This document shows positions 8,084 through 18,201 of a stretch of DNA of 64,000 bases, in pieces. Each line of letters starts with the position of its first letter. The stretch's first letter is position 1. The translations under genes and the position numbers were made by a program. The notes under the pieces were generated by a model. The model had not been told where the DNA came from. It worked only from the letters and a program-made list of their open reading frames with translations, and ran no database searches. The stretch lies in the IMG/VR virus record IMGVR_UViG_3300006925_000013, positions 1-64,000 of that record; one strand, written 5' to 3'. The stretch comes from an uncultured virus (IMG/VR IMGVR_UViG_3300006925_000013) (lineage: Duplodnaviria > Heunggongvirae > Uroviricota > Caudoviricetes).

Positions 8084-8983
8084 ATGAACTATAAAGAAGT
8101 CATAGAAGCCTTGCATAAAAAGAGGCTAGACGCAGAAGCCGGTGGCGGCGGAGGCGGTGCTGGAGCAGGCGGCGGAGCCGCAGGTGGTTCTGGTGGTGCA
8201 TCTGCTGGTGGTAGTGCAACAGGTTCAAGTGGAGACGGTGGGTCTGCAGACGGAGGTAGCACTGGCGACAGTGGCACAACTTCATCCGCTGACTCCACTT
8301 CTTCAGAGCCAACTACATCACGAGGCGGTTTCTTTGTAGGCTATGGCGGTTACTGGAGTCCTCCAGGCAAAAAGAAAAAGAAGAAGAAAAAGAAAGCAAA
8401 AGTAGGTTCAGTCAAAGACGGCATTTATGAAGGTGATATCATTGATGCTAGAGACAAGTTTGGTAAGCCAGCACCAGAAATCAAAGTAATGGCAAGAATT
8501 ACTTTACCTAATAAACAAACTGATTGGTTGCCAGCCTATTCAGGTAAGGATTTAGCATTTGCTAAAGACAAAGCAAAAAGATTAATAAATCCTGTACAAC
8601 AAGGTGTTAGTCCTCTTAAACCTGAAGATGTTAAGATTTCAGTTGATGGTGTATACATTGCTATACCTGAATTACAAATTACTGAAAGCCAGGAAGAAAT
8701 TAGCACACTAGAAGATAAACTTTATAAGTTAGAAGGTGCATTAGGTATGGCAAGAAACATTACTAGAGATATTAAGTATGTGGATACACACATTGAAATT
8801 ATATCTAAGTTGGCCGGTGTAGCAGAAGATGTAGGCTTAGAGTTAGACAAATACGATGAAAGCAAAGTATTAGAACTAAAGAATGATTTAGAGTCTGCTA
8901 TATATCAATTAGAAGAACCATTCGAAGACGCAATCCGCGACATTCAAAACAAAATTGACGAACTCGAATACGAGGACAATTAA
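8084..8983 (+). CDS. Gly/Ser-rich, poly-Lys protein, possibly virion-internal
   Basis: Low-complexity G/S tract, K9 run, acidic coiled-coil tail. Confidence 0.6.
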   Translation: MNYKEVIEALHKKRLDAEAGGGGGGAGAGGGAAGGSGGASAGGSATGSSGDGGSADGGSTGDSGTTSSADSTSSEPTTSRGGFFVGYGGYWSPPGKKKKKKKKKAKVGSVKDGIYEGDIIDARDKFGKPAPEIKVMARITLPNKQTDWLPAYSGKDLAFAKDKAKRLINPVQQGVSPLKPEDVKISVDGVYIAIPELQITESQEEISTLEDKLYKLEGALGMARNITRDIKYVDTHIEIISKLAGVAEDVGLELDKYDESKVLELKNDLESAIYQLEEPFEDAIRDIQNKIDELEYEDN

Positions 8984-9612
8984 TGTTTACCTCTAAAGAG
9001 GAATTTTTTAAACATAATCCTGAGCGTAGAGTTCTTAATAGAGTACAAGGTCAAATATTTACACCAGAAGAGTGTGATATTATCTATAATCAATTCCCTA
9101 AAGATCCATTTCATCAAGCAACTGTATTTAATATTGCTATGGAAGGCGATAAAATAGTTGATGTTGACGAAAAATATCGACCAGATATGAGCAAAAGAAC
9201 CGAAACTATAGTTGATCTTGGCGATACTCATTCAAATTCTTACTTTGGTGATACTGTTATTACTGGTAGGGACTTTTTAAAAAGTAAATTAGATCATTGG
9301 ATATGCGGTAATTTTGATCAGTGGGCAAAGGTTATTAGGTATGAAACAGGTGACTTCTTAAGGAACCACATTGATTCAGGAGATACCGAAATACTTAAAA
9401 AACGCCAATGGACATTGATTATTCAGTTGTCTGATGAAAGCGATTACACTGGTGGCGATGTTGTAATAGGTGATTGGATTATTCCTAAGCAAAAAGGTTT
9501 TGTGTGTTTATTTAATGGCGGTCATGTTCCACATGAAATTACTGAAGTCACTTCTGGCGAACGCAGATCATTTATCACTTGGTTAAGCGAAAAAGACTTG
9601 ACTTTTCTATAA
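8983..9612 (+). CDS. 2OG-Fe(II) oxygenase, prolyl-4-hydroxylase/PKHD-like
   Basis: RYETGD...HID, IQLSDESDYTGG, PHEITEVTSGERRS. Confidence 0.8.
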   Translation: MFTSKEEFFKHNPERRVLNRVQGQIFTPEECDIIYNQFPKDPFHQATVFNIAMEGDKIVDVDEKYRPDMSKRTETIVDLGDTHSNSYFGDTVITGRDFLKSKLDHWICGNFDQWAKVIRYETGDFLRNHIDSGDTEILKKRQWTLIIQLSDESDYTGGDVVIGDWIIPKQKGFVCLFNGGHVPHEITEVTSGERRSFITWLSEKDLTFL

Positions 9613-9626
9613 AAATTCCATATAAT
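9598..9626 (+). promoter_or_regulatory. sigma70-type promoter
   Basis: TTGACT-17-TATAAT. Confidence 0.7.
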
Positions 9627-9648
9627 ATTACTTTACTGGAGTAATCTT

Positions 9649-10188
9649 ATGGCCACACATGCGATGATAGATATAGAAACACTAGGCACTGAGCCTGATT
9701 GTGTTGTACTATCTGTGGGTGCAGTAAAATTTGATCCATATAAACTAACAGACCCACATGCTAAAACATTATGGCGTCCAAGTGCTGACGAACAGATGGA
9801 TGCTGATCGTAGTGTGTTAGACGACACACTCAAATGGTGGGCAGGACAACCGCAACACATTCAAGACGAAGCATTCACAGAAGACAACAGAATTACTTTA
9901 GATCAATTCTTTAAAGATCTCAATAAATATTTAGTGGGTGTTGATAAAATATGGTGTCAAGGCCCGCAGTTCGATATGGTAATATTAGAAAATTTGTACA
10001 AGCAGTTTGGTCATCACATGAATTGGGCCTTCTGGCAGGTAATGGATTGCAGAACTATATTTAATATGATGCCTGTTGATCCTCGTAAAGCCATACAACA
10101 AAATCTTCATAGTGCAGACGAAGACGCATATTATCAAGCAGTATGTGTGCAAGGTGTTTATCAACACTGGTCTATTGAGGGAAGATGA
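9649..10188 (+). CDS. DEDDh 3'-5' exonuclease (phage exoVIII/DexA-like)
   Basis: MIDIETL, WCQGPQFD, DCRT, HSADEDA. Confidence 0.85.
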   Translation: MATHAMIDIETLGTEPDCVVLSVGAVKFDPYKLTDPHAKTLWRPSADEQMDADRSVLDDTLKWWAGQPQHIQDEAFTEDNRITLDQFFKDLNKYLVGVDKIWCQGPQFDMVILENLYKQFGHHMNWAFWQVMDCRTIFNMMPVDPRKAIQQNLHSADEDAYYQAVCVQGVYQHWSIEGR

Positions 10189-11315
10189 TATTCTTACTTG
10201 CTAAAAAAGATTATCCTAAACCAAAATTCTTAACATGTCAGTATGAGAATGACGATATATGTTTGTATCTAGATGGTTACTGGGAGACTACTGACACAGG
10301 TTTTTACAAAGGTTTCAAGTATGAGTATGTAAAAATTGATATTGTAGATGGCTCAATAGATATATCTATGCCTTTATATCATCAAAGTAAAACATATTTT
10401 AATAATGACACAGGACTGTTATTAACTAATAATTATTGTTTCTATGACAATAACACACCTTGCAGTATAGATCATTTTAAATATGACGGCCAATCACATT
10501 TTACTGAATCAATTATTCCTGATTTTGGATTTGAAGATATTACATTTGAAACAGCCGCAAAAATTATAGAAGAAAAAATAGCAGAAAGAATTTCATCTGC
10601 CTGTTCTGAGTATAATAAATCTGCATTGTTTTTTAGTGGCGGACTAGATACAGCAGTAGTCCTAGCAATAATTAAAAAATATAAATTTCCTATATCAATA
10701 AATTATTCTACAAGTGGATTAGAAATACCCGACCTTGTTAAAATACACACAAAGAATTATAGAACACCATTATATAATGAATACTTAAACAGATATATTG
10801 CATACAAAGAATGTATAGTCAGTGAGCCTTTTACAGCAATGCTAACTGGATTCGTAGGAGGCATTGAAACATTAAGGTTTCCGCACCATGCTACTTCTAT
10901 AATGAATTGCTTTGGCTTAGATTATCATGAAGAATTAAATAAACACCCTAATTCTTATCTGTATAACTTTCATATTAGTGAAACTATACCAGACGACTTT
11001 CCTATATACGAAGGCACAGATATAACAGAAGCAAAGAAATTTGTACTAAATCAAATATTGCATAACAAAGAAATACTATCTATTGACTATCACAATATAA
11101 TATCGCCATGGCGAGTTCCTGAGATACCACAATTAATGTTGGGTTTGTCTATTGATGACTTGACGCAACAAACATTTTGTAGTACAATACACAAAGTTAT
11201 TATAGAAAACACTTTTCCTGATATCATCAAAATGGTACCAGATCAAAAATACGAATCTATAAATAATTACAAAGCATTTCCGCCTGACAAAAGAAGGTGG
11301 GGAGATATTAACTAG
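10185..11315 (+). CDS. asparagine-synthetase-like PP-loop ATPase domain protein
   Basis: Central [12 protein letters not shown]; degenerate N-terminal region. Confidence 0.55.
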   Translation: MIFLLAKKDYPKPKFLTCQYENDDICLYLDGYWETTDTGFYKGFKYEYVKIDIVDGSIDISMPLYHQSKTYFNNDTGLLLTNNYCFYDNNTPCSIDHFKYDGQSHFTESIIPDFGFEDITFETAAKIIEEKIAERISSACSEYNKSALFFSGGLDTAVVLAIIKKYKFPISINYSTSGLEIPDLVKIHTKNYRTPLYNEYLNRYIAYKECIVSEPFTAMLTGFVGGIETLRFPHHATSIMNCFGLDYHEELNKHPNSYLYNFHISETIPDDFPIYEGTDITEAKKFVLNQILHNKEILSIDYHNIISPWRVPEIPQLMLGLSIDDLTQQTFCSTIHKVIIENTFPDIIKMVPDQKYESINNYKAFPPDKRRWGDIN

Positions 11316-11323
11316 GAGCAACA

Positions 11324-11914
11324 ATGAATTTTATACCTTATGTAGTAGAAAAAGTAGCAGGTGGCGAACGTAGTTACGACATCTACAGCAGATTATTAAA
11401 AGAAAGAATTGTATTTTTAAATGGCGAAGTAAACGATCAGGTATCAAATAGTATTTGTGCTCAGTTACTTTTCTTAGAAGCAGAAGACAGTACAGAAGAT
11501 ATTAATTTTTATATTAACTCACCAGGTGGCGTAGTTACTGCTGGTATGGCAATGTATGACACAATGCAATATATCAAACCAGATGTGTCAACTATTGTTA
11601 TGGGGCAGGCATGTAGTATGGGCAGTCTACTTGCAACAGCAGGAGCACCTGGTAAAAGATTTATGCTACCAAAAGCAAGACATATGATACACCAGCCAAG
11701 TGGTGGTGCAAGAGGACAGCAATCAGATATCGAAATTGCCGCACAAGAAATACGCAGAATGCGAACAGAATTAACTGAGATCTATGTAAAACATAACAGC
11801 AAAGGAAAAACCTTTGAAGAGGTTAATGCTGACATAGAACGTGATAATTTTATGACAGCCAATGAGGCGTTAGATTACGGGTTGATAGACGAGATTGTTG
11901 ATAAACGTCCATAG
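11324..11914 (+). CDS. clpP: ATP-dependent Clp protease proteolytic subunit
   Basis: [35 protein letters not shown]. Confidence 0.97.
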   Translation: MNFIPYVVEKVAGGERSYDIYSRLLKERIVFLNGEVNDQVSNSICAQLLFLEAEDSTEDINFYINSPGGVVTAGMAMYDTMQYIKPDVSTIVMGQACSMGSLLATAGAPGKRFMLPKARHMIHQPSGGARGQQSDIEIAAQEIRRMRTELTEIYVKHNSKGKTFEEVNADIERDNFMTANEALDYGLIDEIVDKRP

Positions 11915-11934
11915 TAAAACAGATAAATATCTGT

Positions 11935-12099
11935 ATGGATCTATTAAAAGAATTTAAACCTCAAGTCTATACACCTAAAAAAGTAAACAAAGAAGGCTAC
12001 GACGAAGACGGGGTACTTCACGATAAGTGCGGTACACCTGATTGTTGCCAGTCTTGTGATACTGCTGAGGAGCAGGACAATGACAAAACCATCGATTGA
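11935..12099 (+). CDS. 54-aa Cys-rich protein (HDKCGTPDCCQSC)
   Basis: ATG 5 nt after late promoter; metal-binding-like motif; below ORF-track cutoff. Confidence 0.65.
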   Translation: MDLLKEFKPQVYTPKKVNKEGYDEDGVLHDKCGTPDCCQSCDTAEEQDNDKTID

Positions 12100-12910
12100 T
12101 TTAACATTTCTAAAGTATAAAAATTCTATACAAGATCCTGATATATTTGATAACTTTCTATCATTAGGATTCAGACAAGCAAACGAAAGCCTAGAAGATG
12201 TGTCTTCATGGCATACCGCCGGCGGTGTTATACTGCATGTAAAAACTGTAATTAACGAGAATAGCGGTGTATATGGATTAGGCTTTTTTAGTGATGAACC
12301 AGATGGGTTTCAAGAGTTAGAAGATCCTAATGGTTTCTCATTAACTGTGGCAGGCGAACATGCAATGGAGTCTTATTTAAATGATTCCTTTGATAGAAGA
12401 AACGTAACACGTGACCCCAGTGAGTTAATTAATTTTTATGGGTTAGTGTATCATACTAATAATATGCAAGAAACCATAGACTTTTATATGGCTAATTGGG
12501 AATGGCAAATACTAGAGCAAGAAGAAAAATACACTTTATTAACCAGTTCTAATAGCAGAAGTATTATAAAGTTCGTTGAAGCAGAAAACAATGCAATACA
12601 GACGGCGTATGTAGGCGTAAAAGACATTAAACACCTCAGGTCACAACTGTCTTTTGAGGACTATAACATTGTAAATCCAGGAAGATCTAAACTGAATAAT
12701 TACAAACTACCTGCAGGATTTAACGAAAGTATTATTAACAATTATCAACTATCAATTGGCGGTAGAAATCAAAACTTTGCTATTGAGTTTTGTGTAAAGA
12801 ATGCTTTACCAAACTTAGATATGATTTTTAGCCAACGTTTTGCATTTAATACATTAAGTCAAACAAACTATGACAAATTCTACGAAACCACTGAACCAAG
12901 TATACTCTGA
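12080..12910 (+). CDS. hypothetical, possibly VOC/glyoxalase-fold protein
   Basis: AGGAG/AGGA upstream of ATG 12080; ETIDFY...W pattern. Confidence 0.45.
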   Translation: MTKPSIDLTFLKYKNSIQDPDIFDNFLSLGFRQANESLEDVSSWHTAGGVILHVKTVINENSGVYGLGFFSDEPDGFQELEDPNGFSLTVAGEHAMESYLNDSFDRRNVTRDPSELINFYGLVYHTNNMQETIDFYMANWEWQILEQEEKYTLLTSSNSRSIIKFVEAENNAIQTAYVGVKDIKHLRSQLSFEDYNIVNPGRSKLNNYKLPAGFNESIINNYQLSIGGRNQNFAIEFCVKNALPNLDMIFSQRFAFNTLSQTNYDKFYETTEPSIL

Positions 12911-13160
12911 CGAAGAAAGCAATATAATCTTTGGTAAACTTGACCCTACATTAGAAGAAAGAACCTTTGGTATGAATTCACTATGGGAGTCCTTTAAGTA
13001 CAAGGCACCTATAAATAATAAGGCACATCATAAATTGTCTAGAGAGTTTTGTTTAAAAGAAAAATTAAAGATATATGATGTAATGATTAGGGGAAGACAG
13101 ATAGGTTTCAAAGATAAAATGGCTTACACTAAGTATCTTTTAAAAGTAAAAAATGTTTAA
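12870..13160 (+). CDS. hypothetical protein
   Basis: Tiles operon. Confidence 0.55.
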   Translation: MTNSTKPLNQVYSDEESNIIFGKLDPTLEERTFGMNSLWESFKYKAPINNKAHHKLSREFCLKEKLKIYDVMIRGRQIGFKDKMAYTKYLLKVKNV

Positions 13161-13482
13161 TGATTTTAGCAAATACAATGATGAGGAACTTCTTACTCAC
13201 ATAGACGATTTGTCTAAGAAGTTACTTACTGCTAATCCAAACTATCCTGCTTTCAGACAGTTAGAAGAGTATATTAACGAAGCAAGATTTGAATATAGAG
13301 AACGTATTCAATTGAACATGGCAAAAAAAGATATAGAAGAGGGTGTCGGTGTATACGAAATAGGCGAAGGTGAAATGGAAGTACAACCTGATCCTGTACC
13401 TGAGGAAGTTAAAGAAGAATTAAGACAAACAGCAATTACAAAATTACTAGCACAACATTATGTTTATAACAACAAGAAATAA
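13153..13482 (+). CDS. hypothetical protein
   Basis: Tiles operon. Confidence 0.65.
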   Translation: MFNDFSKYNDEELLTHIDDLSKKLLTANPNYPAFRQLEEYINEARFEYRERIQLNMAKKDIEEGVGVYEIGEGEMEVQPDPVPEEVKEELRQTAITKLLAQHYVYNNKK

Positions 13483-14200
13483 TTACACTAAAATAACAAA
13501 AGATATCTATATGATGAAAGTATTATCTAGTACAGAAGATACTATGTACTCTTTAGATATAATACCATACACAATCAATATTGAATTTACACTACTACCA
13601 GAAGATGGCTTTAAAGAAAAAGATGTTTCATACTATCATTCACTAAACTATCACAAAATGAATTTTATGCTAGAAGCAGTATTTGATAATTCATTAGTAT
13701 TTGATCCAGGAGGTGCTAATTTTGTTTTAAAGAATTGTATGGACTTAGATAATCCTTTAGTTTATGTTCCTAACACTGGCGATGCATGTTTAAATATAGT
13801 TTTACACTCTAAGTTTAATGCAATCACAGAGCATTGTTACATAGGTAATGTAGAAATCATTGACTTACGAACAAAAACCAGTTATACTTATACAGATGAT
13901 GAATTAAATTATGAGTATTTGCCTAGCATGGACACAATGATAGATGGTATAAAGTTCAATGAAATACCATGGTGGTTTAGAAATGACATATCCACATACG
14001 ATGGTAGTGCAAAAGATCAAGAAGAATATGATAACTTTATGGCAAACCATTTTGAAAACACGCAACATCATGTAACAGAACCGTTTGACACAATTGAAAA
14101 CAAAGTTAGAACAATACTTAATCCAGAATCAAAAGACACAGGCGAAATTATTAATTTAGATGAATACAAAAAGAAATCATGGAAACCAAAGATCGTTTAG
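13460..14200 (+). CDS. hypothetical protein
   Basis: Long ORF in operon. Confidence 0.7.
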   Translation: MFITTRNNYTKITKDIYMMKVLSSTEDTMYSLDIIPYTINIEFTLLPEDGFKEKDVSYYHSLNYHKMNFMLEAVFDNSLVFDPGGANFVLKNCMDLDNPLVYVPNTGDACLNIVLHSKFNAITEHCYIGNVEIIDLRTKTSYTYTDDELNYEYLPSMDTMIDGIKFNEIPWWFRNDISTYDGSAKDQEEYDNFMANHFENTQHHVTEPFDTIENKVRTILNPESKDTGEIINLDEYKKKSWKPKIV

Positions 14201-14715
14201 ATAAGTTCAGTAGAAGTCAAAACTGCGAAAACGTTGGCATTGAGTTGCTGTATAACAACAAAGTGCTAGAAGGCATTGACTTTATATCTACTGAAGACGT
14301 AAACACTTTTAATAGTAATTGCAATGAACTGGAAATAAATCCATTACAACTGTTAGCCAACATGGGCATCGACGTAGATACATATCATACCAGTATGCAA
14401 TCACAATGGATGATTCCAGATCACTATAAAGATATAGATATCGATCAATATGTTGTCCATAAACTACCACCCGAACCCACCCAAGATCAAATAAATAGAG
14501 TAGTAGATGAATTAGAACTGTATAGGGCCAGGAACCTATATCCTATTCTAAGGGCATTGATATATATTATTGATACCATGCGAAAACATGAGATTGTTTG
14601 GGGTGTTGGTAGAGGTAGTAGTGTTGCAAGTTATGTATTATACTTAATAGGCATACACAAAGTTGATAGCCTTAAATACAATTTAGACATTAAGGAATTT
14701 TTAAAAGATGAGTAA
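14179..14715 (+). CDS. DNA polymerase III alpha (DnaE)-like fragment
   Basis: ELEL...WGVGRGSSVASYVLYLIGIHKVDSLKYNL matches the DnaE GRGS region; ends before the catalytic PDIDxD. Confidence 0.8.
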   Translation: METKDRLDKFSRSQNCENVGIELLYNNKVLEGIDFISTEDVNTFNSNCNELEINPLQLLANMGIDVDTYHTSMQSQWMIPDHYKDIDIDQYVVHKLPPEPTQDQINRVVDELELYRARNLYPILRALIYIIDTMRKHEIVWGVGRGSSVASYVLYLIGIHKVDSLKYNLDIKEFLKDE

Positions 14716-15229
14716 ACATTTAACAAGCAAAGGCAAAGTCATAGATATGGAATCTATTATTGCTCAGCAAGGCGATGCTCCTGCTATTGGCAACATGCCC
14801 GTAAATGGTAAAGGTGACCTCATCGGACCAGGTGGCCAAATTATCAAAACAGCAGATCAAAGAGCAAGAGATCATTATAAGAATGTTGATGGTTCTGAGT
14901 CTGGTCAAGTTAGTATTAAAAATGCACAACCATCCTTTAGTGGTGTAAATGCAGAACCTTCTGATTTATCACCAGAAGTCAAAACTGCCGCAACAGGCAA
15001 GTCAGAGGCTAAAATAAAGCCAGACCCAGTAGTTAAACAAGAACCTGTAAAACAAGAAGTTAAAATGCAAGAAGAAAAAGATGTAGAAGAACTTACTAAA
15101 ACACAGGTTGCAAAATCAAAAGCACAGGCACAAAGCAAAGAACCAATAGGGTATAAGGAGGTGGAACTGCCCAATGGAGATATAGAAATGGTGCCAATAT
15201 TTGAGGACGACTGGGAAGACGATGCATAG
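14708..15229 (+). CDS. hypothetical protein
   Basis: AIGNMPVNGKGDLIGPGG N-terminus, low-complexity middle. Confidence 0.7.
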   Translation: MSKHLTSKGKVIDMESIIAQQGDAPAIGNMPVNGKGDLIGPGGQIIKTADQRARDHYKNVDGSESGQVSIKNAQPSFSGVNAEPSDLSPEVKTAATGKSEAKIKPDPVVKQEPVKQEVKMQEEKDVEELTKTQVAKSKAQAQSKEPIGYKEVELPNGDIEMVPIFEDDWEDDA

Positions 15230-15740
15230 ATTAAAAGCAATAGGTGACAACCTTTTATGTATAAATGGCGACTTCGGTGAGAAGAAATTAGCCAGTGGTA
15301 TTATTATACCAAACGATGACAGCAAGGAATCAGGTGTTAGAAGCAGATGGTTCCAAGTTTTTAGTGTAGGTCCAACTATCAGAGAAAAGTTTGGCGACGA
15401 ACTTAAACCAGGCTACTGGGTAGTAGTTAAACACGGTAGATGGACTCCTAATATACAATTACCAATTGATGAATACAGAGAGCAACTCTCAGAAACGATT
15501 GGTGTGATGCCTGAAGATGTAGACAAACATGTTTCTTCAGGAGCCAGATACAATGATAAATTTATGTTTTGGAAAGTAGACTATCATGACGGTGTACTAG
15601 GGTATTTCCCAGGAAGTGTACTGCCAACAGAATACTATGAAAGCCAGCAAGTCACATCTTCACTAAGAGATGATCAAAGAGTTTATACTGCTAAACAGAC
15701 TGCTAAACAAGAAATTTATACTGAATCTGGTGAAGTGTGA
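15222..15740 (+). CDS. groES: GroES-like co-chaperonin with extension
   Basis: LKAIGD, EKKLASGIIIP mobile loop, VFSVGP, LKPG..V. Confidence 0.65.
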   Translation: MHRLKAIGDNLLCINGDFGEKKLASGIIIPNDDSKESGVRSRWFQVFSVGPTIREKFGDELKPGYWVVVKHGRWTPNIQLPIDEYREQLSETIGVMPEDVDKHVSSGARYNDKFMFWKVDYHDGVLGYFPGSVLPTEYYESQQVTSSLRDDQRVYTAKQTAKQEIYTESGEV

Positions 15741-15997
15741 GTATAGATACACAGTCCTTAAAAGAATCACTAGGCGATACAGCATTAGCATTAGTTATTA
15801 ACTTTCCGCTGAACATGTTGCTATTGTACATTGCCAATAGAACATTCATACCTAATTTAGATAGCGAAGGAGATATAATCTTTTGGACTTCGGTATTCCT
15901 AACATTTTGGTTTACTTTAGTTGCCATTACAAGAAAATATTTTGTAAGGGTTTGGTTTAAGAATAAAGAATTGAGGAAAGCACATGCCGTACATTGA
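15737..15997 (+). CDS. small two-TM membrane protein
   Basis: Hydrophobic helices, RKYFVRVWF. Confidence 0.65.
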   Translation: MSIDTQSLKESLGDTALALVINFPLNMLLLYIANRTFIPNLDSEGDIIFWTSVFLTFWFTLVAITRKYFVRVWFKNKELRKAHAVH

Positions 15998-16226
15998 AAA
16001 GACAGGTAACAGAGCAATAGCAGAACAACTATGGCAATGGGAAGGAGTAATGCACGACCCAAACATAGATGGCTTTAATGGTTGGGGTTGTAAGAAAAAG
16101 ATTTATGAAGTTTACTTCCAAGCCAAAAAGGCATTAGACAATGCACCTACTTATGTAGATGAAGATATATTCTTACACGAGCATAGAAAAAAAGAAATAG
16201 AACATCAACTTAAAAGAAAAAGATAG
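15984..16226 (+). CDS. hypothetical protein
   Basis: GAGG SD, tiles operon. Confidence 0.65.
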   Translation: MPYIEKTGNRAIAEQLWQWEGVMHDPNIDGFNGWGCKKKIYEVYFQAKKALDNAPTYVDEDIFLHEHRKKEIEHQLKRKR

Positions 16227-16984
16227 TGGAAATCCTGATTGGCAAAAAACAAGCATACCCTTTTGTGTTTGTTAAAGGTAGACGTTGCGGTTCAAACTCA
16301 TTAAATGTCTGGCTTGAAGCATACATTGGTAGAGAAAATTATTTAGACTTGTCAGGCGACAACTGGTCTATTAATTATGATTTATTTGATGTAGTAGAAA
16401 ACGATATACTAGCCGCACCTAAAGTAACTTTTTGCCGTAATCCATATTCAAGAGTAGTAGCAGGTTATCTAGCAGACATTTGGCATTATGCTCCTTACTT
16501 TCCTGTAAACATAAGTGACCCTGATCACCCTAACCAACCACCACCCAATGCAGACCATTCTACACAAATTGATATGTCTCTATATAAAATGACTGATGAT
16601 ATGGACAAGCACATAGAAGCATTTACATATTTCTTAGATGAGATGTGCGATTACATGAGCGGCAATGAAGCAAGGCATTGGTGGCAAGTTACATTGGTAA
16701 ACGAACCTTTGATACATACAATACTAGACAATGAACCATCCAATATAGAATTTTTTGATTTTGTTTTAAAACAAGAAGAACTACAAGAACGTTGGCCTGA
16801 AGTGTCTAAATTAATCATAGGCAAGGAAACAAAAATACATAAAGCAAATAATTTTCATGCTAGACACCCAAGCGATAATAGAACAACATCAGACTTTATG
16901 CAATTATTAGATCACAACAACAATAGAGACAAAATTGCAGAATACTGGAAAGAAGATTTTGAATGTTTTGGCTACGAAAAATAG
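16226..16984 (+). CDS. sulfotransferase family protein
   Basis: RRCGSNS 5'-PSB-like loop, RNPYSRVVAGY, YWKEDFECFGY. Confidence 0.65.
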   Translation: MEILIGKKQAYPFVFVKGRRCGSNSLNVWLEAYIGRENYLDLSGDNWSINYDLFDVVENDILAAPKVTFCRNPYSRVVAGYLADIWHYAPYFPVNISDPDHPNQPPPNADHSTQIDMSLYKMTDDMDKHIEAFTYFLDEMCDYMSGNEARHWWQVTLVNEPLIHTILDNEPSNIEFFDFVLKQEELQERWPEVSKLIIGKETKIHKANNFHARHPSDNRTTSDFMQLLDHNNNRDKIAEYWKEDFECFGYEK

Positions 16985-17013
16985 TTGACTTTTATCTACA
17001 TTTAGTTTATAAT
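16985..17013 (+). promoter_or_regulatory. sigma70-type promoter
   Basis: TTGACT-17-TATAAT. Confidence 0.7.
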
Positions 17014-17030
17014 ACACAAAAGGAATATAT

Positions 17031-17267
17031 ATGAAACAAGGTAACTTATTTGATGAACTGTATGATGCACAGGAAACTGACGATTATACAGATGATACTA
17101 ATCATGCAAATGCAAATGGTTTGTATCCAATAGCAAGTGAAGATGTTATTAAGCAAGAACTAGTTACATATTATAGAGTTGCAGGTGCTGTTAAGAAAGT
17201 AACAAAGTCTAGAAACTTTCTTTTTAATGAACATAACGACACAACAACTATTGAGGTTTTTAAATGA
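17031..17267 (+). CDS. hypothetical protein
   Basis: AAGGA SD after promoter. Confidence 0.65.
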   Translation: MKQGNLFDELYDAQETDDYTDDTNHANANGLYPIASEDVIKQELVTYYRVAGAVKKVTKSRNFLFNEHNDTTTIEVFK

Positions 17268-18190
17268 AAGAATTATGGGTAGAAAAATACAGACCTAACA
17301 CAGTAGATGGATATGTATTTAGAGATATCAATCAACGTAAGCAGATAGAAGGCTGGATTAATGATGGTGCATTGCCACACTTACTGTTTAGTGGTGCTCC
17401 AGGTACAGGTAAAACTACATTAGCAAAGGTATTGCTACACAGTTTAGAAGTAGATCAATTTGATATACTTGAAATTAATGCTAGTAACGAAAATGGTATT
17501 GACGTTATTAGAGATAGAATCACAAACTTTGTGAGTACTATGCCGTTTGGAGAGTTTAAGTATGTATTGCTAGATGAAGCAGATTACATTACTCCTAATG
17601 GGCAGGCGGCGTTACGTGGTATGATGGAAATGTATCATACAACTGCTAGGTTCATATTAACCTGTAACTACCCACAAAGAATTATCCCGGCTCTTCATTC
17701 TAGGTCCCAAGGTTTCCATATTGAGAAACTAGACATAAATGAATTTACAGCCAGGATAGCAACTATCTGTGTTGAAGAGGGCGTACAGATAGATTTAGAA
17801 ACCCTTGACACTTATGTACAAGCAAGTTATCCAGATCTTCGTAAGAGCATCAACTTGGTACAACAAAATGTAGTCGACGGTGTATTACAAAGTCCTCAAG
17901 ATGGCGATGCCGCACAAAGCGACTGGATGCTATCTATGGTAGAGTTATTCAAAGCAGGCAAATACAAAGAAGCAAGAACACTTATTTGTGACCAAGCAAG
18001 GCCCGAAGAATACGAAGATGTGTTTAAGTTTTTATACAGGAACTTAGATTTATGGGGAGCAGAGCCACTGAAGCAAGACCAAAGCATTGTTATCATAAGA
18101 GACGGTATGGTGAAGAGTGTGTCTTGTGCAGACCCAGAGATTAACCTTAGTGCAACTCTAGTAGAACTAGAGATGAATGCTATGGGTTAA
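17264..18190 (+). CDS. clamp loader AAA+ subunit (T4 gp44/RFC-small-like)
   Basis: LWVEKYRP, GAPGTGKTT, EINAS, LDEAD, FILTCNY. Confidence 0.93.
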   Translation: MKELWVEKYRPNTVDGYVFRDINQRKQIEGWINDGALPHLLFSGAPGTGKTTLAKVLLHSLEVDQFDILEINASNENGIDVIRDRITNFVSTMPFGEFKYVLLDEADYITPNGQAALRGMMEMYHTTARFILTCNYPQRIIPALHSRSQGFHIEKLDINEFTARIATICVEEGVQIDLETLDTYVQASYPDLRKSINLVQQNVVDGVLQSPQDGDAAQSDWMLSMVELFKAGKYKEARTLICDQARPEEYEDVFKFLYRNLDLWGAEPLKQDQSIVIIRDGMVKSVSCADPEINLSATLVELEMNAMG

Positions 18191-18201
18191 TAAATATTAG
18201 C

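Noticed and set aside
10185..11315. QueC candidate (SGGLD motif)
   Set aside because: PP-loop is central rather than N-terminal and QueC's C-terminal Cys zinc cluster is absent; asparagine-synthetase-like fits better.
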